NCBI GenBank assembly: GCA_050261575.1
Contig: JBLNDL010000078.1
Span: forward strand, 124,001 to 154,031
DNA from: Sphingomonadaceae bacterium
GTDB taxonomy: Bacteria > Chloroflexota > UBA6077
Direction: 5' to 3'
DNA: 30,031 nucleotides
Positions 7,337 through 16,431 of the stretch are shown here, in pieces (positions within the stretch are counted from its first letter, which is position 1; every line of letters starts with the position of its first letter). A model generated the notes under the pieces. That model made no database searches and had not been told where the DNA came from. It saw only the letters and a list, made by a program, of their open reading frames with translations. The position numbers were made by a program, and so were the translations under genes.

Positions 7337-8563
7337 CCCTGCCGCCAGTAGGCGTCGTCGAAGCAGATCCATGGCGTCCAGCACAGCGCGCCTGCGGACC
7401 TCCTTCAGAGTGGTGGTGTATCGGCTGGTGGCGCAGGTGATCTCCCCGCCCCAGTCGACGGCGCAGTGGACGACACCCAGCCGCTGCTCCCCCTCGACAC
7501 CGTCCTCCATGCCGCAAACCACTGCCAGCCCCACACGAGCCTTCATGAATTGGCGGGCAGCCACCGACATGGCTCGCGCGGCTGCCTCGCTGACGAGACC
7601 GCCCTGGCCGATCGAGCCGCCGTCCACACCATAGAGGGCGAGCAGCTCGGGACTCAGCACGCAGGCCCCACCCAAGAACGGCGCGTTCATCTCCGCCGCG
7701 CTCAAGGCCGTGGAGAGCTGCCCCGCGGTACATGCCTCCAGCGTGGCGAGGGTGAGGCCCCTGCGCTGCAGGAGCGCCATCACCGCATCGGGAACGCTTT
7801 CTTCGTCCACCCCATAGATGTGGTCACCCAGGATCTGTCGCACGTGGGCCTCCATGCCGGCAACCATCGCCTGGGCAGACTCCGCAGTCGACGCCTTGGC
7901 CGTGACCCGCACGTGAATGCCGTCCTCTTTGGCGTAGGTGGCCACGGTGGGGTTGGGCGATGAGATCAAACCCTTCAGCTCGTCCTCGACCCAGGACTCT
8001 CCCATGCCCAACACCTTGAGCGTCCGTGAGAAGATCACGCCGGTCCCCGCCAGCCGGCTCAAGCGCGGCAGCACCTCCTGCTCCCACATTCGCTTCATCT
8101 CCACCGGCACGCCCGGCATCGCCACGATGACGTGGCCGTCTCGCTGCACCCACCAGCCCGGCGCCGTGCCGATGGGGTTTGGTAGCGCCTGGGCAGATGG
8201 TATCAGGGTGGCCTGCTTCACGTTCCGCTCCGGCATCGTACGCCCTCGACGGGCGAAGAAGGCCCTCAACTCCGCCTCGAGTTCGGGCTGAACCACCATC
8301 TCCTCGCCCAGCAACTCCGCGATGGCCTCTCTGGTCAGGTCGTCGCCGGTAGGCCCCACGCCGCCGCTGATCACGATGAGGTCGGATCTTTCCCAACCCC
8401 TGCGCAGCGCATCGACCAGACGGGACTGGTTGTCCCCCACCTGGCTAATCCAGAATACGTCGATGCCGAGCGTCGACAGCGACTGCGCCAGGTACGGCGC
8501 GTTGGTGTCCACCAACTGGCCGAGCAGCAGCTCGGTTCCCACCGATAGGATCTCACCCTTCAT
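7334..8563 (-). CDS. cinA: Competence/damage-inducible protein CinA (MoCF-like domain + degenerate PncC-like domain)
   Basis: N-terminal motifs EILSVGTELLLGQLVDTN, VGD, GGVGPTGDDLT, NPIGTAPG and MPGVPVEM, followed by a C-terminal CinA-like domain. Confidence 0.92.
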   Translation of the reverse strand: MKGEILSVGTELLLGQLVDTNAPYLAQSLSTLGIDVFWISQVGDNQSRLVDALRRGWERSDLIVISGGVGPTGDDLTREAIAELLGEEMVVQPELEAELRAFFARRGRTMPERNVKQATLIPSAQALPNPIGTAPGWWVQRDGHVIVAMPGVPVEMKRMWEQEVLPRLSRLAGTGVIFSRTLKVLGMGESWVEDELKGLISSPNPTVATYAKEDGIHVRVTAKASTAESAQAMVAGMEAHVRQILGDHIYGVDEESVPDAVMALLQRRGLTLATLEACTAGQLSTALSAAEMNAPFLGGACVLSPELLALYGVDGGSIGQGGLVSEAAARAMSVAARQFMKARVGLAVVCGMEDGVEGEQRLGVVHCAVDWGGEITCATSRYTTTLKEVRRRAVLDAMDLLRRRLLAAG

Positions 8564-8598
8564 TAGCGTTGCGCTCCGCCTCTCGTCAACTATTGCCG

Positions 8599-8659
8599 CT
8601 GGGTCCTGGGTGCTGGGTCCTGGGTCCTGGGTCCTGGGTCCTGGGTCCTGGGTCCTGGG
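8599..8659. repeat. Heptamer tandem repeat (CTGGGTC) x8 plus a partial unit
   Basis: Eight full units (the second is CTGGGTG) plus CTGGG, in the thiD-cinA spacer. Confidence 0.95.
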
Positions 8660-8677
8660 AGGATCATACCTCAGTCC

Positions 8678-9475
8678 TCAGGGCTCCGATCCCGGGTGCA
8701 GTGCGAACAGATGGTTCACCGGGCCGTGGCCCTTGCCCAGGGGATAGGCGTGCCGTATGGCCGCGGTGATGTACTCTTTGGCACCGGCTACCGCCTGGGC
8801 CACTTCTCTGCCCAGAGCCAGATAGGCGGCGATGGCGGCCGAGAGGGTGCAGCCAGTGCCGTGAGTGTTCGACGTGTGGATGCGAGGGGATCTGTACGGC
8901 AGAAGCTCATCCCCGTCGTACAGCCAGTCCACGGCGTCTCCCCCGGCATGCCCGCCCTTCACCAGCACGTATCGCGGCCCCATCGCATGGATGCGGTGCG
9001 CGGCCTCCAGAACCCCGTTGTCGTCGTCGATCTTCATGCCCGCGAGCACCTCGGCCTCCCTACGGTTGGGCGTGACTACCAGGGCCAAAGGGAGAAGCAG
9101 AGTCTTGACCGCTTCGACCGCGTCCTCCCTCAACAGGAGGTCCCCACTGGTGGCCACCATCACGGGGTCCACCACGACGTTCGACACGCCATACTGCCGG
9201 ATCTTCCCCACGACGGCCTCGATGATCGCAGCGTTGAACAGCATTCCTGTCTTCATCGCATCGATCCCGATGTCCATGGCGATGGCATCGAACTGCGCCT
9301 CCACGAAGGAGGGGGGCAGGTCGAAGATGCCGCTAACACCCAGGGTGTTCTGAGCGGTGAGGGCCGCGATGGCCGAGGTCCCGTGCACCCCGATGGCGGC
9401 AAATGTCTTCAGGTCGGCCTGGATTCCGGCACCACCGCCCGAATCCGACCCAGCCACAGTCAAAGCCGTTTTCAT
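8678..9475 (-). CDS. thiD: Hydroxymethylpyrimidine/phosphomethylpyrimidine kinase
   Basis: Motifs [45 protein letters not shown] and GHGPVNH. ATG 9475 after GGGAGG. Confidence 0.96.
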   Translation of the reverse strand: MKTALTVAGSDSGGGAGIQADLKTFAAIGVHGTSAIAALTAQNTLGVSGIFDLPPSFVEAQFDAIAMDIGIDAMKTGMLFNAAIIEAVVGKIRQYGVSNVVVDPVMVATSGDLLLREDAVEAVKTLLLPLALVVTPNRREAEVLAGMKIDDDNGVLEAAHRIHAMGPRYVLVKGGHAGGDAVDWLYDGDELLPYRSPRIHTSNTHGTGCTLSAAIAAYLALGREVAQAVAGAKEYITAAIRHAYPLGKGHGPVNHLFALHPGSEP

Positions 9476-9697
9476 GATCCCTCCCTGGACAGCCATCGGC
9501 CGAAGGCCCAATGGTGTGAGAAGTGCATGGAATTATACCTGCAGAGCGTGCCTCCCGTCTTGTCCGTTCGCTGGTATGACTCGTGCTGCAGCCACAAGGA
9601 GGTTGCAGTAGCCGGCCCGAGCCCCCACTCAGGCCCGCCCCGGCCTCGAATCGCACCACAAACACCGATAGGCAAAACCAGTGAGGAGTGGATCGCT

Positions 9698-10180
9698 ATG
9701 GACGCCGAAGCGAAGAAGAAAGCCTTGCGAAGCATCACCTACGGCCTGTACGTTCTCGGAGCCGCGGACGGAGACGAAGTCGCGGCCGCCACCGTCACCT
9801 GGCTCTCCCAGGCTTCGTTCAATCCGCCCCTGATCATGGCGGCGCTGAAGAAGGACAGCCACCTGCACGACCTCATCCTGAGAACCCGCACCTTCACCGC
9901 CAACACGGTGGGAGAGGGCCAGAAGGAGATCGCGGCCGCCTTCTTCCGGGGAGCCCGGCAGGAACGGGGTCGGCTGAACGGCCACGCTTTCGAACGAGGT
10001 CCGGCCACCGGTGGCCCACTCCTGACCGACCTGCCCTTCTGGCTGGAGGCGAGGCTGACCGACGTCGTGGACCGGGGTGATCACACCGTGGTGGTTGCCG
10101 AGGTGATCGAGGCTGGAGTCCGCGACCCCAACGCCATGCCGCTGTCGCTCCGCGACACGGAGTGGAACTACGGGGGCTGA
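9698..10180 (+). CDS. Flavin reductase-like (FMN-binding split barrel) protein
   Basis: ALRSITYGLYV, VTWLSQASFNPP and RGDHTVVVAEV motifs; GAGGAG RBS before ATG 9698. Confidence 0.9.
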   Translation: MDAEAKKKALRSITYGLYVLGAADGDEVAAATVTWLSQASFNPPLIMAALKKDSHLHDLILRTRTFTANTVGEGQKEIAAAFFRGARQERGRLNGHAFERGPATGGPLLTDLPFWLEARLTDVVDRGDHTVVVAEVIEAGVRDPNAMPLSLRDTEWNYGG

Positions 10181-10188
10181 CGCGCGCG

Positions 10189-10230
10189 AAGCCGGAAGGG
10201 CCGGAGGGTCGACCCAAGCCCTTCCGGCTT
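10189..10230 (+). terminator. 13-bp perfect inverted repeat after the flavin reductase gene
   Basis: AAGCCGGAAGGGC ... GCCCTTCCGGCTT, with an internal GGGTCGACCC palindrome and only a weak U-tract. Confidence 0.55.
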
Positions 10231-10344
10231 GTGGAGCACGACCCCTTGCTATAGAATGCGAGTCTGTCGGCTTCCGCTGAGCGGGATAGCCGTGTCATTG
10301 TCCCGGCCTCGCTTTCCCCCAACTTCACTTTCGGGAGGCATCCG

Positions 10345-11892
10345 TTGCCCGGTAGAAAGACGGTCTGGACGTCCTACTTCATCGTCTTCGTCGCCAGCGC
10401 CTGCGGGATGACGATCGAGCTGGTGGCCGGCCGCATCATGGCCCCCTACATCGGCGTCTCCCTATACACCTGGACCAGCATCATCGGAGTCGTCCTGGCC
10501 GGCATGAGCCTGGGCAACTACCTGGGTGGGCGCATCGCGGACAGGGCTCCCAAGCCCCGAACCCTGGGCGTGCTCTTCGTGCTGAGCGGCCTAGCCTGTC
10601 TCAGCATCCTGGCACTGATAGGCTTCGTAGGGAACAAGTCGCTCAACCTCACCATGCCCCTCATGGCCAAGATAGCCGTCCTCACGGCCATCGTCTTCTT
10701 CCTGCCCAGTCTCCTAATCGGCACCATCTCGCCGGTGGTGGTCAAGCTAACCCTCAAGGACCTACGCGACGCCGGGTCGACCGTCGGCAAGATCTACGCT
10801 TGGTCCACCGCAGGCAGCATCGTGGGGACCTTTGCCACCGGCTTCGTCCTGATCTCCTGGTTCGGAACCCGCATGATCGTCGCGGGCGTCGCCGTGGTGC
10901 TGGTGGTGATGGGGGTCGTCTTCGGCCGGCTGTGGCAGAGAGAAACCGCCACCAGGGCGATCACTGCGGTCCTGCTGCTGATGTTCGTCGGCTTCGGCTT
11001 CTACCTGAATACGAGGAACGCCTTCGCCTCCCCCTACTGGAAAGAGAGCAACTACTTCGCCATCCGCTTCTTCGATCAGGGCAACGACGACAACAAGGTG
11101 CGGGTCCTGGTGCTGGACCACCTGGTGCACAGCTTCGTGGCCCTGGACGATCCCACCCACCTGGAGTACGCCTACGAGAAGGTGTACGCCGACATCGTTC
11201 GATACCTCTCACCTAGCCGTCCGGCGATGAACGCCCTATTCATCGGGGGCGGTGGCTACACCTTTCCCAGATACATGGAGCACGTCTACCCCGACAGTAG
11301 CCTTGAGGTGATCGAGATCGATCCAGACGTCACCCGCGTGGTGTACGAGGAGTTGGGGCTGCCGCGAGATAGCAGGATCGTCACCCACAACATGGACGGC
11401 CGGCTCTTTTTCGACGGCAACGCGCCGAGGGAGAAGTACGACCTGATCCTGGGCGATGCCTTCAACGATCTGTCGATCCCCTACCACCTTACGACCCTGG
11501 AGTTCTCCCAGCAACTGAAGAAGACGCTGAAGCCGAATGGCTTCTTCCTGGCCAATATCATCGACAACCCGAAGCGTGGAGCATTCCTGAGACCTTATGT
11601 CAATACCCTCAAGCGAGTCTTTCCCCACGTGACCATCGCCGCCATCGGAGAAGGGTGGAAGGCCTCCGCCCAGAACACCCTCATCGTCGTGGCGTCCGAA
11701 CTGCCTCTCGATCCGCAGCACTTCACCGACACCCTGACTCAGGCGAACGGGGGGACGCAGCCGGACACCAAGATCATGCCGGAAGGGGAACTGGCCGTGT
11801 ACCTCAGCCAGGGCACGGACCTGGTGCTCACCGACGACTACGTGCCGGTGGACCAACTTATTGCCACGTTGTTCGACGAGCGGGGATACTGA
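10345..11892 (+). CDS. Fused MFS-like membrane domain / spermidine-synthase-like SAM-binding domain protein
   Basis: About seven TM helices with the family motifs GxSLYTWTSIIGVVLAG and YAWSTAGSIVGTF. C-terminal Rossmann fold with LFIGGGGY, IEID, DGR and DAF...PYHLTT. TTG start after GGGAGG. Confidence 0.88.
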   Translation: MPGRKTVWTSYFIVFVASACGMTIELVAGRIMAPYIGVSLYTWTSIIGVVLAGMSLGNYLGGRIADRAPKPRTLGVLFVLSGLACLSILALIGFVGNKSLNLTMPLMAKIAVLTAIVFFLPSLLIGTISPVVVKLTLKDLRDAGSTVGKIYAWSTAGSIVGTFATGFVLISWFGTRMIVAGVAVVLVVMGVVFGRLWQRETATRAITAVLLLMFVGFGFYLNTRNAFASPYWKESNYFAIRFFDQGNDDNKVRVLVLDHLVHSFVALDDPTHLEYAYEKVYADIVRYLSPSRPAMNALFIGGGGYTFPRYMEHVYPDSSLEVIEIDPDVTRVVYEELGLPRDSRIVTHNMDGRLFFDGNAPREKYDLILGDAFNDLSIPYHLTTLEFSQQLKKTLKPNGFFLANIIDNPKRGAFLRPYVNTLKRVFPHVTIAAIGEGWKASAQNTLIVVASELPLDPQHFTDTLTQANGGTQPDTKIMPEGELAVYLSQGTDLVLTDDYVPVDQLIATLFDERGY

Positions 11893-11940
11893 GCGATGAG
11901 TAATGAGTGACGAGTGTCCATACCCATTACTCATCGCTCA
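11890..11940. terminator. 16-bp perfect inverted repeat made of TGAGYRA heptamers between convergent genes
   Basis: TGAGCGATGAGTAATG (11890-11905) pairs with CATTACTCATCGCTCA (11925-11940). Confidence 0.6.
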
Positions 11941-13454
11941 TCACTGAATGCCGAGACGATTGCCCTCACCAGCCCAGGGATGGTGTGCTCCGCAGCCACC
12001 ACATCGACCCGCAAGCCGAGTTCGCGCGCGGTCCCCGCGGTGATGTGTCCGATGCAGGCAACCATCGGCCGTTCGAGCAGGCTTGCCGCGTCTCCACCAA
12101 GCCCAGCCACGAGGTAACGCACGGTGGAGGAGCTCGCAAAGGTCACCACGTCGATCTCCCCTCCGGCCAACCGATCCCTCAGTCGGGAGAGGTCGCCCTT
12201 CGCCGGCACCGTTCTGTAGGCCACCACTTCGTCCACCAGAGCGCCCCTCCTCGCCAGATCGGCAGCCAGAACCTCCCTCGCCTGGTCGGCCCGCGGCAGG
12301 AGGATGCGCTTCCCGGCGATAGAAGCGGATACGAGGGCCGAAGCCACCTCCTCAGCCACGTACACCGACGGGACAAGGTCCACCCTCAGGCGGTACATGC
12401 GAAGCTCGGCGGCCGTAGCCGGGCCGATGGCGGCCAGCCTGGCTCCCCCCAGCGCGCGCACGTCGAGCCCCAGCGCCTCGATTCGGTCCAGCATCGCCCT
12501 CACGCCGTTCGCGCTGGTGAACACGATCCAATCGTAACTGGACAGCCGCCCGATGGCGCCATCCAGCCCGTCGAAGCTCTCGGGCGGCACGATCTCCAGC
12601 ACCGGAACCTCTACCGGCTCCGCACCCTGCTCCCGCAGGAGCGCCGAGAGGCGGCTCGCCTGCTCCCGGCTACGGGTCACCAGCACGCGCTTCCCCGAGA
12701 GGGGCCGATCGTCCCACCATCGTAGCGACTCGCGGAGCCGCACCACGTCCCCCACCACTATCACCGCAGGGGACCGGAACCCGGCCTCGGCCACCCCGTC
12801 GGCGATGTCGCCAAGGGTGCCGACCAACGTCTCCTGCCGCGGCCAGGTTCCCCAACGGATCAGGGCGACGGGGGTATCGGGAGCTCGACCATGCTCCATC
12901 AGGCGCTGCGCGATAGTCGGCAGATTCCTCACGCCCATCAGAAAGACGAGGGTTCCAGCCGCGGTGGCGAGCTTCTCCCAGGACAGGGCGGACTCCGGTT
13001 TGGTCGGGTCTTCGTGGCCGGTCACCACCGCGAAGGAGCTGTTCTCTCCTCGATGTGTGACGGGGATGCCGGCATAGGCGGGAGCGGCGATGGCGGAGGT
13101 GATGCCGGGCACAACCTCGAAAGGAATCCCCGCCGCCGCCAGGGCCAGCGCCTCCTCTCCCCCCCGCCCGAAGACGAAGGGGTCGCCGCCGTGGAGACGC
13201 ACCACGGTCTTCCCCTCCCGAGCCTTCTCCACGAGCACTCTGTTGATATCGTCCTGTTCGAGGGTGTGCTGGCCGGGGGCCTTGCCGGCGTAGATCCGCT
13301 CCGCTGACCGCGGCAGGTATTCGTCCAGCAGCGACGGATTCGCCAGCCGGTCGAACACGACCACGTCCGCGAGTCCCAGCACCTCCGCCCCCTGAAGGGT
13401 CAGCAGCCCCGGATCACCCGGGCCCGCGCCGACCAGGTAGACTCTGCCGGCCAT
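11931..13454 (-). CDS. cobA: Bifunctional uroporphyrinogen-III C-methyltransferase / uroporphyrinogen-III synthase (CobA-HemD)
   Basis: VYLVGAGPGDPGLLT, GGDPFVFGRGGEE and PGITSAIAAPAYAGIPVTHR, then HemD motifs VLVTR, FTSANGV, AIGPATA and FASSSTV. The start overlaps the hemC stop (TAATG). Confidence 0.95.
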   Translation of the reverse strand: MAGRVYLVGAGPGDPGLLTLQGAEVLGLADVVVFDRLANPSLLDEYLPRSAERIYAGKAPGQHTLEQDDINRVLVEKAREGKTVVRLHGGDPFVFGRGGEEALALAAAGIPFEVVPGITSAIAAPAYAGIPVTHRGENSSFAVVTGHEDPTKPESALSWEKLATAAGTLVFLMGVRNLPTIAQRLMEHGRAPDTPVALIRWGTWPRQETLVGTLGDIADGVAEAGFRSPAVIVVGDVVRLRESLRWWDDRPLSGKRVLVTRSREQASRLSALLREQGAEPVEVPVLEIVPPESFDGLDGAIGRLSSYDWIVFTSANGVRAMLDRIEALGLDVRALGGARLAAIGPATAAELRMYRLRVDLVPSVYVAEEVASALVSASIAGKRILLPRADQAREVLAADLARRGALVDEVVAYRTVPAKGDLSRLRDRLAGGEIDVVTFASSSTVRYLVAGLGGDAASLLERPMVACIGHITAGTARELGLRVDVVAAEHTIPGLVRAIVSAFSDER

Positions 13455-14371
13455 TACCCTACCTCCCCAAGCAGGTCCGCCGCGCCGCGGGACAGCAGCT
13501 CCCCGGCGACCGACTCGCCCAAGGCGATCGGGTCGCGGGGATCCCCGCTGGCCCGAGTCCGAAGCACGGTGGCCCCGTCGTGGCTCGCCGCTAGGCCATC
13601 CATCCTCAGCTTGCCATCCTCCAGGTAGCAGAGGCACGCCAACGGCAACTGGCATCCCCCGCCCATCGTTCGAAGGAAGGCCCTCTCGGCCTCGGTGGCG
13701 AGCCTGCTAGGAGGGTGGTCTAGCGAGGCCAGCAGGTGGATCACATCCCAGTCCTCCGACCGCACCTGGAGCGCCAACGCCCCCTGTCCAGGCGCAGGCA
13801 AACAGAGCGTGGTAGGCAGGTACTCGACGATCCTATCCTGGTAGCCCAACCGCTTCAGGCCAGCCGCGGCCAGCACCACCGCATCCAGATCCTCCCCCTC
13901 GGCCTTCCGCAGCCGTGTGTCCACGTTGCCCCGTAGGGGAACGATCTCGAAGTCCGGTCGGTAGGCGAGAAGCTGGGCGCGGCGTCGAGAGCTGCTGGTT
14001 CCCACGCGAGCCTTCACGGGGAGGGCGGAGAGGGATAGCCCGTGTCGGGACACGCACACGTCGCGCGGATCCTCTCTCTCGGGCACGGCGGCCACCACGA
14101 GCCCCTCCTCCATCGTGGAGGGAAGGTCCTTCATACTGTGGACAGCCAGGTCGATCTCCCCGGCGAGCAGGGCGCGCTCGATCTCCCTCACGAAGAGGCC
14201 CCGGCCCCCGATCTGCCAGAGAGGGGCACCGGTCTTCACGTCTCCCTCCGTCCGGATCGTCTCTATGCGCAGCCGCAGATCGGGCATGTCGGCCCTTAGC
14301 CTGTCGACTATCCATTGGGCCTGCCGCATGGCCAGGGCACTGCCCCGCGAACCAACCACCAGCTCGCGCAT
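13454..14371 (-). CDS. hemC: Hydroxymethylbilane synthase (porphobilinogen deaminase)
   Basis: Motifs GSRGSALA, GLFVREIE, AVHSMKD, GTSSSRR, RGNVDTRL, PAPGQG and GGGCQLP (cofactor Cys). Confidence 0.96.
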   Translation of the reverse strand: MRELVVGSRGSALAMRQAQWIVDRLRADMPDLRLRIETIRTEGDVKTGAPLWQIGGRGLFVREIERALLAGEIDLAVHSMKDLPSTMEEGLVVAAVPEREDPRDVCVSRHGLSLSALPVKARVGTSSSRRRAQLLAYRPDFEIVPLRGNVDTRLRKAEGEDLDAVVLAAAGLKRLGYQDRIVEYLPTTLCLPAPGQGALALQVRSEDWDVIHLLASLDHPPSRLATEAERAFLRTMGGGCQLPLACLCYLEDGKLRMDGLAASHDGATVLRTRASGDPRDPIALGESVAGELLSRGAADLLGEVG

Positions 14372-14387
14372 CACGTTCCCTGTCAAC

Positions 14388-16316
14388 CTACTCCAAGTCG
14401 AAGAGCTGCTTCAACGCGTCCACGTACATCCCGCAGCCATCGCCGGCCTGCGACTTCAAGCGAACTATTGGTGTGTGCAGCACTTTGTTCACGATCCCCT
14501 GGGTCAGAGCCTCCAGGGTGTTCCGATCCCTCTCGCTGAGGCTCAGCTTCCCGGCGTATCTCGCGACCTCTCCCCGCCGGATCTCCTCCAGTCGATCGCG
14601 CAGCGCCACGATGGTCGGAATCACCTCCTGGCAGCGCAGCCAGGCGCCGAAGCTCTCGGTCTCCTCGTCGACGATCCCCTGGACCTTCGGCACCTCCCTC
14701 TCTCTATCGCGGAGATTGGCATCGACCACCGACCGAAGGTCGTCGATGTCGTACAGGTGCACGTTCTCCAGCCCTCGAACGGCGGGGTCGACGTCACGGG
14801 GCACGGCGATATCGATGAAGCACAGGGGGCGTCCGCCCCTCTCCCGCGCGATGGCACCCACCATGGCCGGATCGAAGATGGGCCGGGGTGAACCGGTGGA
14901 GGTGATCACTATGTCCGACCGCAGGAGAGCATCCCCCATGGCTTCCCAATTCACGGCCGTCCACCCGAACTGCGCTGCTAATCGGGCAGCCCGCTCCCAG
15001 GTCCTGTTGACCACCAGGACGCTCCGAACACCGTTGTCCACCAGGTTCTTGGCGGTCAACTCGCCCATCTCCCCTGCCCCCACCACCAGCACCGTCCTCG
15101 AGGAGATCTCTCCGAAGATCTGCTTGGCCAGCTCCACAGCGGCGTGGCTGACCGATACGGCGTTGCGCGAGATTGCGGTCTCTGTCCGAGCACGCTTCCC
15201 CGCAGCGAGGGCCCTTTGAAACAGGACGCTCAGCAGCGAGCCCGACGCGCCCCGTCCGGCCGCGAATTCGTAGGCATCCCTGACCTGGCCGAGGATCTGC
15301 GGCTCCCCCAGGATCATGGAGTCGATGCCCGCGGCGACGCCGAACAGATGCCTGGCGACATCCTCGTTGTGCAGATCGTACAGATACGGCGCCAGCTCGG
15401 ACTCGTCCATGTGGGGGCAGAGAGTGGAGTGGAGGAAGGCGCGCAGCCCCATCGCCGCCCCCTTTTGCCGAAGCGGAACCGCGTACACCTCCGTGCGGTT
15501 GCAGGTGGAGAGGACCACCCGCTCCCCGGCGATCTCCCCCAGCCGGTCCAAAAGCTCGGCAACTCTTTCGTGGTTGAGGGCGAAACGCTCTCGGATCTCC
15601 ACGGGGGCGGTCTTGTGGTTCAGTCCAACGGCCACGACGGTGCAGATCTCGCCCTCTCGCACCCGCCGCAGGATCTCCTCGATCCGGGCGAGGGCCGCCT
15701 GCTCACCTCGGGTCCTGAAGAGGTCGAAGGCGCTGGACCCGACCACCTCGGACCAGAACGCTTCCCGCTGGGCAGGCATCGGGAGCTCCTGGCGGACCCT
15801 GGCGCGGAGGGTGCCCAGCAGCCGCAGGAACGGGCCGTATTCGGGCACCAGCGTCTCCTCCAGCTTCTGGCGCATCCGCTTGGCAAGGGCGGGGCTCATC
15901 CCGCCAGTGGAGATGGCCACCGTCAACTCGTCCCGGCGGATCACCGACGGGACTATGAAGCTGCATAGCTGCGGAAAGTCCACGACGTTCAGAAGGAGGT
16001 GTCGACTCTGGGCCTCATCCGCGACCGCGCGGTTGACCTCGGGCTCCGAGGTGGCGGCGACGGCGAGGGTCGCCCCCTCCAGGTCGCCCGCTCGGTACTC
16101 GCGCCGTTCGATCTCGACCCGTCCCTGGGCCGACAACTCCTCCAGGGAGCCGTGCAACTCGGGAGCAACCACCCGCACCCGAGCTCCGGCGGCAAGCAGC
16201 CCCTCCACCTTCCGCAGCGCCACCTCGCCGCCACCGATCACTACGACCAATCTGTTCCTCAGATCCGCGAACACAGGGAAGTAGTTGGGATGAGGGTTCC
16301 CCGCTTGCACCGTCAT
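14388..16316 (-). CDS. hemA: Fusion of precorrin-2 dehydrogenase/ferrochelatase (SirC / CysG N-terminal) and glutamyl-tRNA reductase
   Basis: The N-terminal ~220 aa have YFPVFADL, VIGGGEVALRK, NVVD and AISTGGMSPALAK. In the same frame follow VGLNHKTAP, LSTCNRTE, DSMILGEPQILGQV, VGAGEMG and DIAVPRD. Start at ATG 16316 is inferred. Confidence 0.92.
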   Translation of the reverse strand: MTVQAGNPHPNYFPVFADLRNRLVVVIGGGEVALRKVEGLLAAGARVRVVAPELHGSLEELSAQGRVEIERREYRAGDLEGATLAVAATSEPEVNRAVADEAQSRHLLLNVVDFPQLCSFIVPSVIRRDELTVAISTGGMSPALAKRMRQKLEETLVPEYGPFLRLLGTLRARVRQELPMPAQREAFWSEVVGSSAFDLFRTRGEQAALARIEEILRRVREGEICTVVAVGLNHKTAPVEIRERFALNHERVAELLDRLGEIAGERVVLSTCNRTEVYAVPLRQKGAAMGLRAFLHSTLCPHMDESELAPYLYDLHNEDVARHLFGVAAGIDSMILGEPQILGQVRDAYEFAAGRGASGSLLSVLFQRALAAGKRARTETAISRNAVSVSHAAVELAKQIFGEISSRTVLVVGAGEMGELTAKNLVDNGVRSVLVVNRTWERAARLAAQFGWTAVNWEAMGDALLRSDIVITSTGSPRPIFDPAMVGAIARERGGRPLCFIDIAVPRDVDPAVRGLENVHLYDIDDLRSVVDANLRDREREVPKVQGIVDEETESFGAWLRCQEVIPTIVALRDRLEEIRRGEVARYAGKLSLSERDRNTLEALTQGIVNKVLHTPIVRLKSQAGDGCGMYVDALKQLFDLE

Positions 16317-16405
16317 CTTTGACTGCCGCCTTCCCACCCGACAGGGGGTAGTGGGATGCACGAGGTCAGGGATGCCGCGTTGTGCCGTGTGGTCTTGACC
16401 GCCTG

Positions 16406-16431
16406 GTATTGTCGGACCTGTGTGTCTGCCC
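16406..16431 (+). repeat. Degenerate REP-like unit
   Basis: GTAT-TGTCGGAC-CTGTGT-GTCTGCCC has the same 4+8+6+8 layout as 19625-19650. Confidence 0.5.

Noticed and set aside
8599..8659. Tandem repeat as a CRISPR array
   Set aside because: The 7-bp units have no spacers and there are no cas genes in the window.
9476..9697. TPP riboswitch upstream of thiD
   Set aside because: No CUGAGA / AGCGUAGGGA-type core on the thiD strand; only a TATAAT at 9537-9532.
8696..9697. Long N-terminal extensions given by the ORF track for the flavin reductase (and likewise RR2, cobA, hemA fusion, HD protein, rplJ)
   Set aside because: Better starts with RBSs lie at the domain boundaries, and the extensions overlap other genes or regulatory DNA.
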